From positions 154,628,001 to 154,692,000 of the forward strand of contig OZ024740.1 of assembly GCA_964016885.1 (NCBI GenBank): a stretch of 64,000 nt of DNA. Direction: 5' to 3'. This stretch comes from Eledone cirrhosa. Taxonomy: Eukaryota. Of the stretch, positions 12,790 through 25,442 are shown piece after piece (the stretch's first letter is position 1; every line of letters begins with the position of its first letter). The notes beneath the pieces were generated by a model, which worked only from the letters and a program-made list of their open reading frames with translations, ran no database searches and was not told the DNA's origin. The position numbers were made by a program, and so were the translations under genes.

Positions 12790-13195
12790 GGCATAGGGTT
12801 ACGGCCATTTACGATCTGAGTTCAAATCCTGCCGAGGTTAGCTTTGCCTTTCATCCTTACGGGGCCGATAAAATAAAGTACCTGTAATGCACTAAGGTCA
12901 ATTTAATCGTAAAAGGTTTATAGTTCCTGGTGGAGTCTTGGGCATTTAAAACCTGGCGGGCCCCATATCTCTCCAGGTCGGGACACAGCCGATTTCTTCC
13001 GAAGAAAAAGATAACGAGGGAGAAAGGGAGATAAAAAAGAGGAAGAATCGACCCCCGTACTAGATTAGTACTTTATTTATAGACCTCGAAAGGGAGAAAG
13101 GTACAGTTGACCTCGGCAGGATTTGAACTCAGGGAGCAGAGAGCCGGAACAAATACCATAAAGCATTCTCTTCGACGTTCTAACGACTCTGCCAA
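12790..13195. mobile_element. SINE fragments: + strand 12790-12910 and a divergent subfamily on the - strand 13045-13195
   Basis: B box and core matches. Confidence 0.7.
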
Positions 13196-13460
13196 AGTTC
13201 CGACCATGACTAAAATTGTCTTTAGTGTTCTTGGCTTATCTGCGGGGGTCTAACTAATATGGGATTCTTAAAAACAATTCCCCTCCTTTAAAAACAACAT
13301 GCATTCATACATGATGATTGCTTCAACTTGTCAGATGATAGCTGTTTCAACATCATCTAAGTCCCTGCAACAAGTTTACACCCTCCCATATGCACTGATA
13401 TGACGACTCAATCCAGCAACTGATTTACAAGGGCTTTGACACAATATTATATATATATAT

Positions 13461-13699
13461 ATAGGAAAAAGTATGACCCCGATGGCAGAGTTCAAGCCGT
13501 TTCGACGGCTATTTCTGGACTAAATTAGAATTTTTAGCCTGGTGAATAAATAGCCATTGAAATAGCCAGAAATAGCCGTCGAAACGGCTTGAGCTCTGCC
13601 GTCGGGGTCATACTTTTTCCTATTTCCCACTCTACTACCCTAAGTATTGAGTACTCTGGTGCGTTATGGACCATCTGGTTCCTTTCCACATTTCCTTTG

Positions 13700-13700
<1 letters not shown>
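13461..13700. repeat. (TA)n-flanked interspersed repeat with a 58-bp inverted duplication
   Basis: 13461-13518 is inverted at 13566-13623. A single-arm copy lies at 37809-37950 and diverged relatives at about 53700-53820 and 62030-62060. Confidence 0.75.
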
Positions 13701-13751
<51 letters not shown>

Positions 13752-13790
13752 ATATTAAATAAATGGAAACTATATTTATAAAACCACATT

Positions 13791-13854
13791 TATTTTATTA
13801 TATATATTTCAAGGGTACCAAGACAACATTGGTACGCTTTCATCAGATAAAATA
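13791..13854 (-). ncRNA. Minimal type I hammerhead ribozyme, left pLTR
   Basis: Minus strand reads TATTTTAT-CTGATGA-AAGCGTACCAA..TTGGTACCCTT-GAAA-TATATA-TA-ATAAAATA: stems I and II, intact core, palindromic stem III. Confidence 0.85.
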
Positions 13855-14894
13855 CAAACTTTGTTTTATAAATAGAGACATACCCATGAAAATCATACCT
13901 TATCGGTTGGAAATTCACTGGATAGTGGAAATATATTAGGTATTATTCAAACTTATGTGTGAATATGCAAATGAATATGTAAATAATTGAAAAACAACCG
14001 TTTATTTAAACGACACTGGAGAAAGAGAGGGAGAAGATATAAGGGGAGAAAGATAAAAAATAGTACGAGAGAGAGAGAGAAGAAATAAACAAGAGAGGAT
14101 GAATAAAACTCATATAACGTTAATTTGGGGGAAATATATTCTAAGTATATATCTTAATAGTACGTGTATTTACGATTATTAGTTGTTTAAAATCCGTTTA
14201 TAATATAATATTTTCTGTTATAAGTAGATAAATAAATAAATAAATAAATAAATAAAAATAAATAAATAAATAGATAAATAAATAAATAGATGGGTATATC
14301 ATGTTATAGATAATTGTTTTAATGAGTTATGGGGGATATTGGTTTTGTATTTAATGTAAGTAAATATTAAGTTAAATTAAATTAAATTAACTGAGTTAAT
14401 AAGAATATTTACATTTATATATTTTAAGATATATTTTATATATATATATTTTATATATTTTAAGATACGGAAAAACTCCCGTTTAATTTATTTATTCGTT
14501 AGTATGAGACTATTTAGTCAAAATAAGTATAAATGTTGAAAGATATATTTAGCCAGAGTCAGTTAGTGGTTATAAATCTAATAAAAAATATTGAAAAAAT
14601 ATTAAAAATTTGAGAAAATTTTTTTTTTAATAATTTATAAGAGATAAGTAATTTTTAAAAGAAATAAAAATTAAGGAATAAAAATAAAGAGTTAAAAATT
14701 ATTAAGATTAAAATTACAATTAAAATTAAAATAAAAAAAAAAATTAGAATTATATATGTATATATTTTATGAAACTTTAAGAAGTGGAATTATAGCAAAT
14801 GTTATAGATATTATGATTTAGAGATATCAATATATTAAAACCAAGTGGATAAGATTGTTATGGAAATAAGTAGAAATATTATAAGTATAATTAT

Positions 14895-16270
14895 AATTTA
14901 TATATATTTCTGAAAGTTGAATTCAGGCGATGTCTACAAGAATTAAATAAATTCGTTCTTAGATTAATAGAGTTCTTACATTTGTATGAAAAAAATTTCC
15001 TCAACACACAATTTTCAAAATCTAGATAAAGCTGTGTTTCGGTACGCGGGTGCTTTCGAAACTATTTCCCAAGTTAATGAATAGTCCATATTCTTGCATT
15101 TTAAGTTCCATATCAGGTTTGAAAGAGAAGTTGAAGATTTTTTATCAAATCTTTGGAGAGAGCATTTGTGATTATTCCAGCGACTTTTAAATTCTGTAGA
15201 AGTTGCACCTACATAGTTAAATATATTATCACTGGTTTTGACTGTACATTTATAGACCACGTCCTTATTTAAACACTTATTTTGTAAAGGACAGTTTGAT
15301 TTAATTCTACAGTTACATTTTGCGGAGTTGTTGTTATTCAGAACGGTACTATTATGTTGGATATTGCTAGAGATATTACTGCTATTTTGGTTATTTTGGT
15401 TAGGATTTAAATTTCTATTATTAATTCTATTTATATGTTGTGCTATGTTCATAGTAGTAGAGTAGGATAGTTTTATAGTATGTCTGTTAAAGATTCAGTG
15501 GTATCTGTGGGCTTTAGGAAAACATTTATCTAGTGCTTTAAAGAATAGCTTTGCTAAAGGTGTTTTTACGCTTAATGAGAATGGGGGTGAGTACCAAATA
15601 ATATTTCTAGTTCTATTTCTTTTGTTAGTTTTAGAGTTTAAGTTAAATTTTTTATTATAATTATAATTAATAGTAGGGTTATACCTTATTACTGTTTTCG
15701 ATGTATTTAATCTTATTTATATAGCCTGCTCTATTTAAAGCTTCATTATAATATTTTGCCTTATCGTCAAAAATGTTTTTATTGGCGGAGATGCGTGAAA
15801 TGCGTTGTTGGATAGAATTGACAATAGTGTTCTTGATAGATCTAGGATGATTAGAGTTAAAACTTACATAGTTTAGATTCTCATTAATTTTATGGAATTG
15901 ATAGTAGAGCCCTGTGTTAAGGTTTAATGTTACGTCTAAAAAGTTAACAATGTTATAGTTATTCTCTATTTCTAACTTAAGATTGAAGCTATTGAAGAAT
16001 TGTATTGTGGATTTTCTTTTCCTATTAATTTCACAATTACTATGATTTTCAATTAAAAGCAGCATATCATCACGATATAAACCACCGGTCAACTCTGGTA
16101 TTTTCCTATGCAGTGTATTATTAATAAATAAGATCCGTTATTTGCGCCGAGTCTGATGATCCCATGGCGATATCAAAATTATTTTTTCTATCGGCTCTAG
16201 TCCAGAGATGATTGTTAAATTCAATTAAAGTTTTCTGTGCAGTTAAAATCATATGCATTTCTTCGCTAGA
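14895..16270 (-). pseudogene. Penelope RT C-terminus plus GIY-YIG endonuclease, interrupted
   Basis: ORF pieces 16121-16270, 15679-16092 and 15015-15452, and a C-terminal NSCRHR in a shifted frame near 14925-14945. Confidence 0.85.
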
Positions 16271-16430
16271 TGGAACGGTACTAACGAGGTTATAGATTGG
16301 TTCAATAACATAAAATTTAAACATAACAAAAAATTCATTCAATTTGATATTGCAGACTACTACTCTTCTATTACTCCTAATTTACTTAATAAAGCTCTTA
16401 TCTATGCATCTAAACATACAGATTTATCTC
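16268..16430 (+). pseudogene. Inverted upstream RT segment of the same Penelope element
   Basis: Reads WNGTNEVIDWF..FIQFDIADYYSSIT..HTDLS, which continues into SEEMHMILTAQK on the opposite strand. Confidence 0.8.
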
Positions 16431-16943
16431 TAAATCATAATATCTATAACATTTGCTATAATTCCACTTCTTAAAGTTTCACAAAATATATACATATATA
16501 ATTCTAATTTTTTTTTTATTGTAATTTTAATCTTAATAATTTTTAACTCTTTATTTTTATTCCTTAATTTTTATTTCTTTTAAAAATTACTTATCTCTTA
16601 TAAATTATTTAAAAAAGAAAAATTTTCTCAAATTTTTAATATTTTTTCAATATTTTTTATTAGATTTATAACCACTAACTGATTCTGGCTAAATATATCT
16701 TTCAACATTTATACTTATTTTGACTAAATAGTCTCATACTAACGCATGAATAAATTAAACTGAAGTTTTTCCGTATCTTCCCATTTAAAAATATATAAAT
16801 ATAAATATTCTTATTAACTCAGTTAATTTAATTTAATTTAACTTAATATTTACTTACATTAAATACAAAACCAATATCCCTCATAATTCATTAAAACAAT
16901 TATCTATAACATAATATACCCATCTATTTATTTATTTATCTAT

Positions 16944-16978
<35 letters not shown>

Positions 16979-17345
16979 CTTATAACAGAAAATATTATAT
17001 TATAAACAAATTTTAAACAACTAATAATCGTAAATACACGTACTATTAAGATATATACTTAGAATATATTTCCCCCAAATTAACGTTATATGAGTTTTAT
17101 TCATCCTCTCTTGTTTATTTCTTCTCTCTCTCTCGTACTATTTTTTATCTTTCTCCCCTTATATCTTCCTCTCTCTTTCTCCAGTGTCGTTTAAATAAAC
17201 GGTTGTTTTTCAATTATTTACATATTTATTTGCATATTCACACATAAGTTTGAATAATACCTAATATATTTCCACTATCCAGTGAATTTCCAACCGATAA
17301 GGTATGATTTTCATGGGTATGTCTCTATTTATAAAACAAACTTTG

Positions 17346-17410
17346 TATTTTATCTGATGAAAGCGTACCAATGTTGTCTTTCGTACCCTTGAAATATATA
17401 TAATAAAATA
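17346..17410 (+). ncRNA. Minimal type I hammerhead ribozyme, right pLTR
   Basis: TATTTTAT-CTGATGA(17354-17360)-stem II-GAAA(17391-17394)-TATATA-TA-ATAAAATA. Confidence 0.8.
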
Positions 17411-17544
17411 AATGTGGTTTTATAAATATAGTTTCCATTTATTTAATATCATTGAATATTTACTCCAGTTATATGTTGAGTGCTCTAAATCAGTTATAAA
17501 CATTTATATTTGTCGGACTTCCAACAAATTAAATACCCCTTCTA

Positions 17545-17637
<93 letters not shown>

Positions 17638-17819
17638 TCACTCACACACACACACATATATGTATATATATATGAGATATAAGATTTCGCTTCCAGCATA
17701 GCTTTATACAATATGTATAGAAATTTTGTATTTCTAAAGAAATGCGGTTTTAGGAAGCCGTAGCTATGTAAACACCGGGGACTAACGCCCTCTGGTGGAC
17801 ACCATCAGGTTCGTGTGTT

Positions 17820-17914
17820 TTTATTGACAGCATGACGCCACCAAAGTATAACAATATCTGTTTCAACACACGTTTTCAGATAAGAAATCTTCCAAGACAA
17901 ATTCAAAAACGAAG

Positions 17915-17915
<1 letters not shown>
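17820..17915 (+). mobile_element. Terminal fragment of the fold-back family seen at 11171 and 37975
   Basis: GCATGACGCCACCAAAGTATAACAATATCTGTTTCAACACACGTTTTCAGATAAG followed by (TA)n. Confidence 0.7.
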
Positions 17916-17959
<44 letters not shown>

Positions 17960-17961
<2 letters not shown>

Positions 17962-18360
17962 CATCATCATCATCATCATCACCATTTAACATTCATTTTT
18001 ACACGCTAGCATGAGTTAGACGAGTTGACCGTTTGTGAGACAAGTCAGATTAGATCACCGTGTCTTACTCATATATGACTGTTTCTAGCCTCGTTTCTAC
18101 TAATGGATGCCCTTCCTAACGCCAACCACATTTACAGCGTGGACTGGGTGCTTTTTATCGTGACACCAGAATGACTGACAGGTTGGACTGGATGTTTTTT
18201 GCGTATCACCTACACGACCACTTTACAAGATGGACCGGGTGCCTTTTGTCGTGTTACCAACACCACCACCTTACAGGATGGACTGGGTTTTTTTTATGAA
18301 TTACCAAGACATCCACTTTACAGGGTGGATGGGAGCTTTTTGTTGAGTCAACAACACGAC
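17960..18360 (-). mobile_element. RTE 3' tail fragment with (GAT)n end
   Basis: Reverse complement of the 59380-59560 tail (AGGAAGGGCATCC..CATGCTAGC..GATGATGAT). Confidence 0.75.
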
Positions 18361-18518
18361 TCATACACACATACTATTTGAGAATGTATAACTAAGAAGT
18401 GTAAAGAAACTAAACAGCCACAAGGTTTGTTATTTTTGTTAGACATGTTTTCAGTCTCTCTATTTTAGAAGGAGCCGGATGTGATGTTGTGACGTTGGTG
18501 TATTTCCCTAGGATATAT

Positions 18519-18838
18519 TTGGCTTAGTGGTTAGAGCATTGGGCTTTCAATTGAGAGGTGAGTTCGATTCTAGGACAGGATGATGCGTTGTGTCCTTGAG
18601 CAATTCACTTTATTTCACGTTGCTCCAGTTTAGTCAGCTGTAGAAATGAGGTGCGACGTCACTGGTGTCAAGCTGTATCGGTCATAGACTTTCCCTTGGA
18701 CAACATCGGTGGCGTGGAGAGGGGAGGCATGGGCGACTACTGGTCTTCCACAAAAACAAACCTTGCCCAGTCTTGTGCCTCGGAGGGAAACTTTCTAGGT
18801 ACAAAACTATGGTCATTCGTGACCGAGTGGGGGCCTTA
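18519..18838 (+). mobile_element. tRNA-derived SINE of a second family
   Basis: A box TGGCTTAGTGGTTAG, B box GAGTTCGATTC, core GTGTCCTTGAGCAA. A related fragment lies at about 48240-48360. Confidence 0.7.
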
Positions 18839-19099
18839 ATTTGCAATATAATTGAACATGAACTACTTAAAAATCCCCTTATGTAGGATATTGCGCTTAT
18901 GTAAGGAGGTATGTAAAGGTTTATTCATCCTGTATGTATTATATATCTGTACGTTAACATTTAATTCGTAGAGCACTTCCTTGTTATATACATTCTTAAC
19001 ATAGACAATGCCGCATCACAATTACTGCATGTGTGTGTGTCTGTGTGTGTGTTTGTGTGTGTGTGTAATAACAATGAGAGGGAACGAGATGTCAAAGTA

Positions 19100-19560
19100 T
19101 CATAATTAAATTTATTCAGGTGTCACTCGCGTTTCGCTCAAGATACGATCCGTATCGATCAGGCCCGACACTGGAATCAATAGCTCATCAGACTCGTGGT
19201 TCCCTTAATGACGGGAGATATCCACGTACAGCTTTAAATTGCCATTTTTCATTCACTTGAGGTGTTCTGTTGTTCTTTGTTTTGAATGTTTGGTTGCAGG
19301 GAGAATAGAGTAGAGAAGAGGTAGGGAAGAAAGAAAAGTAAGAGGAATGGGGGAGGAAAGAGGAATGAGCGAGGAAAGAAAGAAAAGCAGAAAGAGAATA
19401 AGGATAAGAAGGGGTTGAGGTGTGGTATTGAGCACGGCAAGTGTCTCAAAGTCCCTAACCTATTATTGTTTATGCTAGCTATGTGTCGGGCTATGTAGCG
19501 CATGGTGGAGTATGAGAGCTTTACTGTGTGCCTGTTCAAATCTTAAGAGTACCATAAGAT
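19100..19560 (-). mobile_element. Second Penelope-like remnant with a hammerhead-like 3' end
   Basis: NRHTVKLSYSTMRYIARHI matches NRHTIKLSYSTTMNIAQHI of the 13.7-17.4 kb element. CTGATGA-GCT..AGC-GAAACGCG lies at about 19125-19198 on the minus strand. Confidence 0.65.
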
Positions 19561-19613
19561 TTAGCTATTTATTCATCTGTACACCGCTCTATATATTTAT
19601 CTATCTATCTATC

Positions 19614-22600
19614 TCGCATAGTATAGACGCGTACAACATCGGCTCCTGCCTTTTTGAATTTTTACCTATTGACAGTAAGTGTTTGTTTATTTATTGTGTT
19701 GTCTTCGTGTCTTTTGACCACCCGGCTAGGTCTGTAGACGGGTGGTCATCGTATTTTTACCCCTTTTGGGGGTAAAAACTACTCCTAAAAATTCTTTGCT
19801 GACTCACATGTCTAAAATTGACGCCATGTCTGTAGCACGTGTGAACGAAAACGCCACGCTCACTAAGGAAGAAGAGAGAAAGAAGCAAGCGGTACAAAGC
19901 GCTTTGCCTTCCCGCGTCAACGTTTTAAAAGACATTGTAAAAGGCGATAAGGGGAGAAAAACAAGTAAATACGGGTGCAAACCCAATTAATTACAACGAA
20001 AACACTAACAATGACAAAACCAACACACCAAATGAGAAAGACAACAACAAAAATGAAAATAACTCAAACTACAAGAAACAGAACAACTCAAACACAAACA
20101 ACGTAAACAAAATATCCTTTGCACAGACTGCTAAAAATAAATCAGTCAGCTATGTGCTTGAGGATATAACAAATGCTAAAGAAATGCTTGAAAAAGCAAA
20201 AAAATATGTATCTTTTGGCGAAAATGGATCTTTTTCCATCAATTCGCCCCCAGTACTAAAAAAAACAGACGCAATTACGAACTGTTGTATTCCGTACAAT
20301 TGCCAACAAAACAAGAAAACCAGCACAACCATCTCAAGCTGAAATTCAGTTGGTCCTGAAAGAGGCTATGAAAGATATAATTTTCATACAAAAGGATAAA
20401 CTCTATGGGAGTTTATCCATATTGATGAAAGACGAATTGGCGGCGAAAAAATACTCTGTATCGCCAATTCGTTCCACGCATTACACCTTTTTTCCAACCT
20501 ACATGGCTAAAAAAACCCAAAGAATTTGGATAAGCACCATCACCCCAAACCTAATAGCAATAGGGAAGGCGACGCGTTCAGTGGAACGAGCATTGAAGTT
20601 CTGACCCAAATAAGGCCAGAACGTATCGCCCAAATCCCTGAACGCGTCATGCTGGATTACCGTACTCACCTCAACATTATTGTGGAGGGTAGGCGTCCCT
20701 CTTGTTACCTCTGTGGCGACAGAGGTCACCTGAGTGCTGCCTGTCTCCAGCTCACACCAAAAAAAACCATTGCTACCAACACCCCAACAACTTCAAAAAC
20801 AACCAACACCACCACCACCCCAACAACAACAACAAAAACAACCACAACAACAACAACAAAAACCAACAACACCACCACCACAACAACAACAACAAACTCG
20901 TGAAAAAACAACACAGAACACTGTCCCACCCAACCCCTCCCCACCCAAAACAAATACAAAAACACACACACCGCAAACACTACTAGAAAATATACCCCTC
21001 CCACCCAACAAGGAAGACGAACCCCTTTCGTCGCAAGACGAAAAAGATCCCTTCCAAATAGCAAAAAGAAAGAAGAGGAGGCGCACCACAGACACACTTA
21101 TTAACATAAACCCTCCCCAAGAGAAAACAAACTATATACAAACCCCCTCCCCTTCACACAACACTAACTGCTACGCAATACATACATGAAAACAAACAAC
21201 AAAGAACTTATGAACACAATTTCGTCAAACCCTTTGGTCCAAACTGAAGGGCCTAACTTTCTAACTGCTGTGGGACTACCTCATTTAAAAATGATTAAAG
21301 ACCCAATGAACTTATATAAAACATTGAAAATAAATTTCATGGAGGACGTGCACCCCCCCCCCCTCCCCATGCACCAAGCCAACCAACCGCGTCCTCCTAA
21401 AAAATTTCCCCACACCCTACCCAGGCACCCACTCAACTACAAACACCCCAACCCCACAACACACTGATGCCCCTACACTTCCACAAACCACCACCCAACA
21501 ACCCATCCCCCACCCTCATGGAAATTGAGCAGCCCGCTCCCCGGGACGCAGAGAGGTAAGTGCCTTTTCTCTTTACCACCAACATGGCTGTGTTGAGAGT
21601 AGGGTGTCTAAATGCGCATGGCCTGGGCTCACCTTGGAAGCAAGCAATGCTTCTAAATGACCTCAGGTCACGATCTATAAATGTGATGGTTATCTGCGAG
21701 GCCCGGATCAGCAGCGAGCGACAGCTGGCCCTCACCTTTGATGACTTTGAGATGCACGCATTTCTCTGTCAGCCCGGAGGTGGGGGTGGGATTGTCGTTC
21801 TGCTGCAAAACCATCTGGGTCTCGCCACACAGATAGTTCACTTGGACCCAGGGGGTCAACTGGTGGTGCTGGACCTTGGCAGTGGTGAGGCTAGAGCCTT
21901 TAGGCTGGTAGCTGCATATGCCCCTTTTGGGACAGAGCAGCCCGACTTCTTCCAACGTCTGGAGTCTTTTCTAGGGACGTCCCGTTCCCTGCATTTAGTG
22001 GGGGACTGGAATGGTATCCTGGATGCACGTTGGGATTATGCAGGAGCATGTCCCAATAGAGAGGGGTGTAACAGCCTCAAGGAGTTACTCGGCCAATTTG
22101 ACCTGGCCGATAGATTTCGACTAGATTTTCCGACTCTGTCAACCTGGTCTTGGACAAACCGTAGCGGTCAATCTAGATCGTACCTAGATAGGTTCTTTGT
22201 TAGAAATAAAGACAGGGACTTTTTAAGTTGTCCAGAAATGCTCATAGTTGGCTATTCAGACCACAAGTTAGTGACCTGCATGGTCAACCTTGATAGAACG
22301 CATAGACAGGGTCCCGGTTACTGGAAGCTGAACTTGTCCTTACCGACAAGTAAAGCTTACAGGGACCGGATTAGTACATTAGTTAAGGAGCGGTTGACTG
22401 GAGCGATCGTCAACAGCAGGTGGTGGGTATCTCTAATAAGAGAGATTAGTCTCGATAGAATTTAGTAAGGTTTTAGCTGCGGATAGGAATAGGAAGGAAA
22501 GGGAGCTGATAGATAGAGTAGAAGAGGCAATTAGAAGCGGCGACGTGGCCAGAGTGCTAGCGTCGAGAACGGCTTTGAGCCAGTTTTTCGACGCGAAGCA

Positions 22601-25242
22601 CGAAGGCTGCGTTGTCCGAAGTAAAATACGTGCTCTAGGAAACGAGGGGACCAAAGCTGTTAGATGGGCCCGAGTGACAGAAGCCAAGAGTGGAATTAAA
22701 TCCACCATCCGGTCTTTGCGAGACCAGGATGGACGAGCGATCCTTGAACCTAAGCAGATGTGTGAGGCCTTTCAAAGGCACTTAGCCCGGTTGTTTGGAA
22801 GGGGCGGGGAGCCGGTTGGGGAAGTGGACTTCGGTCCATACCTCGACAGCCTGCCGCGTCTTTCAGACGAGGAGGCGAAGTCCTGCGAGGAGCCTATTTC
22901 AGCCGCTGAGATAGAGTACGTGCTGAGCCAATGCGGCAAACGCAAATCCCCGGGTCTCGATGGTCTTCCATACGAACTATATCTAGCTATGCCGGACTTG
23001 TTCCCCGATCTCCTCGAGGCGGTCTACTGCAACTGGCAACAGAACGGGAGAATTCCCTGCTCTGTGACCAAGGGCGTAGTGACGCTAGTGAGGAAGGACG
23101 AGAACAAGGGGGACGAAATAAGTAACTTCAGGCCCATAACTCTGCTAAATACAGAGTTACAGATTTTGGCCAAGGTGCTAGCAAAGAGGTTGGCGCTTGT
23201 CGTGGGTAACCTGGTAGGAGATGCGCAGACATGTGCTATCCCGCCCAGGTCTATCCACGACAACCTCCACCTCATGCGATACATCATAGAGAGGGTTGGG
23301 AACGAACCCGGCTTTGGTGGGGCACTGATCAACTTGGATCAATCTAAGGCGTTCGATAGAGTCGACCATGGTTACCTGGATGCGATGCTAGCGGCGGCAG
23401 GCTTCGAACCCGTTTTCAGGGGCTGGATCACTGCTATGCACAGCAGCCGCATCTGCTCTAGAGTCAAGGTGAACGGCTACCTCTCGGAGCCGTTCGAAAT
23501 CGCGCGGTCCATCCGACAAGGGTGCCCTCTCTCCTCCCTTCTGTATGTATTGACTCTCGAGCCACTACTGCGGAAGTTGGAGTTGTTGCAGGGCATCCCT
23601 TTGGAACCGGGATTGCGGAAAGCGGTGTCGGTCTACGCCAATGACGTGACAGTAATGGTGTCGACGACCTCCGAAATAGGGGCGATCGGCGCCTTACTGG
23701 AGGAGTACGAAAGGTTTACAGGGGCTAAGCTGAACCGGGACAAGTCGATCGGTTTGCAACTCGGCACGTGGAGGGGCAAACCGATGTCCTCCGATGGTGT
23801 CGTCGGGCGCTGGACGGAGAGCCCGGTGAAGTTGCTCGGGGTCTGGTTCGGACCAGACCTCCAGGTGGAGAAGAACTGGGGTGAGGTTACGAACAGGGTG
23901 TTTGCACTGACCCAGAAGTGGGCCAGTTGCAGACTATCCCTGAAAGGTCGGAGGTGGCGAACGCTTATATAGCGTCCGTCATCTACTACCGCTTGACCGT
24001 CGTGCCTTGCCCAAGGGAAACCCTCGCCAAGATGGAGCGCGCACTCTTCCAATTCCTTTGGAAGAAGCGGGCTCCTTTGGTGAGGAGATCCATCTGCTTT
24101 CAACACCCTTCGAAATGAGGGCTGGGGATGCCGTGGCTAATGATGCGTAAACACACATTAAGGCTTCGGCACCTCACCGGTGTATTCCTCACTGGTCAAC
24201 CGGTGTGGTCCCCGTTTGTGAGACGAACCTTTCCCAGACACGTCTCACTCACCGAGCTGCAATCCTGGGTCAAGCAAAGACCGAGAAAACTGGGCGCCTG
24301 GCACACTGAGTGTGCCCAGGCGCTCACGGCCCTCTGGCAGGCGGACCCGGTTATCAGTGGAGACTCCACCTCGACATTCTATAGAGGGCTGGTACGCAGC
24401 AGGTGCGACGACGCCCTCGGAGAAGCCCTAGACATGGAGTAAGACGAACTGGCCAGCCTGTTCGGTAGGACATTCAGCCCGGGACCTATGGACAACTTCC
24501 AGAAGTCCCTGGCCTGGCAGTGCTACCGAGGGTCTCTACCCGTTCGAGAAAAGCTCTACAGACACGGGCGCCCGGGTAGGGACCCCGCCAAAAAGATCTG
24601 TCCCAGATGCGTGTGCGACGAGGAAACCGTTGCACACGCATTGGTACATTGCTCGGGCGTAGCCGATCTGTGGGCTATGTCGAACGACTGCTGTCACGGG
24701 TGGGACCGATCCGGTTGACCACCGAGGCCATTGTAACGATTAAGCCGCCTCCCCTCTTCAAAAATGAAGGAGAGGCGGTGTTTCTGTGCGTAATAGCCTG
24801 GTGAAAGAGGTTGTATGGTGGACGCGTCTGAAAGGACTCAGGTCAGGCACCTTTCTCTCTGGCCAACAACTGACCCGTTTCTTCCGATACCATTTCGGAA
24901 GAAGGATCAGGATGGAGAGAGAGATGCTCAATCCCAGTCGGTTTTTCTGAAAGGTGGGTGAAAGTGGCGAGAATGGCCCGTGTGAATGGGCCTTCTCTCT
25001 ACATCTGCCTGTAGGTGGAAAAGATGAAAGATCAAGGGAGCACCCTCTCTCTGGGCTCCTGAGGAGAAGGGTTGCACACTTTTTTCGGGAGTGTGTGCAA
25101 CCCCCCAAAACGCCTCCTCCCTATTGAGGACTCTATTGTTAATTTTATATTTGTTATTTGTTTTCTTTAATCGCCTTTTTGTGTAACCCCCCCCCCTTGT
25201 ATTTGTCCCCTTCTTTTGCGCCCTCGTGGCAATAAATAGAAA
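19614..25242 (+). mobile_element. Full-length but decayed Tx1/L1-clade retrotransposon, copy 1
   Basis: Frameshifted ORF1 about 19807-21559 with zinc knuckle CYLCGDRGHLSAAC. ORF2 about 21584-25014 has APE (GCLNAHG, GDWN, YLDRFF, SDH), RT (FRPITLLN, KAFDRV, RQGCPLS, YAND) and C-terminal CPRC..H..HC. The 3' UTR carries AATAAA. Confidence 0.93.
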
Positions 25243-25442
25243 CATATCTATCCATCTATCTATCGTCTCCCTCTCTATGTATCTATCCATCTTACTGTAT
25301 ATCCATCTATCCATTTATCTGCCTGCCTCTCTGTCTTACCAGCTCTCTAGCTGTCTATTTCTCAATATATCTATGAAGATATCTAATTATCAATCTCTAT
25401 TTATATATCTGAATTGCCTTGCCTATTGGATATTCTTTAGAA

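Larger units (their letters stand above)
13747..17454 (-). mobile_element. Penelope-like element (probably Naiad-type) with ~1.05 kb inverted pseudo-LTRs
   Basis: Arms 13747-14827 and 16425-17454 are reverse complements. The interior has RT motifs (IAMGSSDSA, GLYRDD) and a GIY-YIG domain (CNCR..CPL..KC, VVYKC, YVGAT..FKSR..NH). Confidence 0.92.

Noticed and set aside
15490-15500. Second in-frame TGA in the Penelope ORF as selenocysteine
   Set aside because: It lies in YH*IFNRHT, not a cysteine position; likely CGA-to-TGA decay.
20702-21189. Poly-Q, poly-T and poly-V ORFs
   Set aside because: Alternative frames of the low-complexity CAA-rich linker of Tx1 ORF1.
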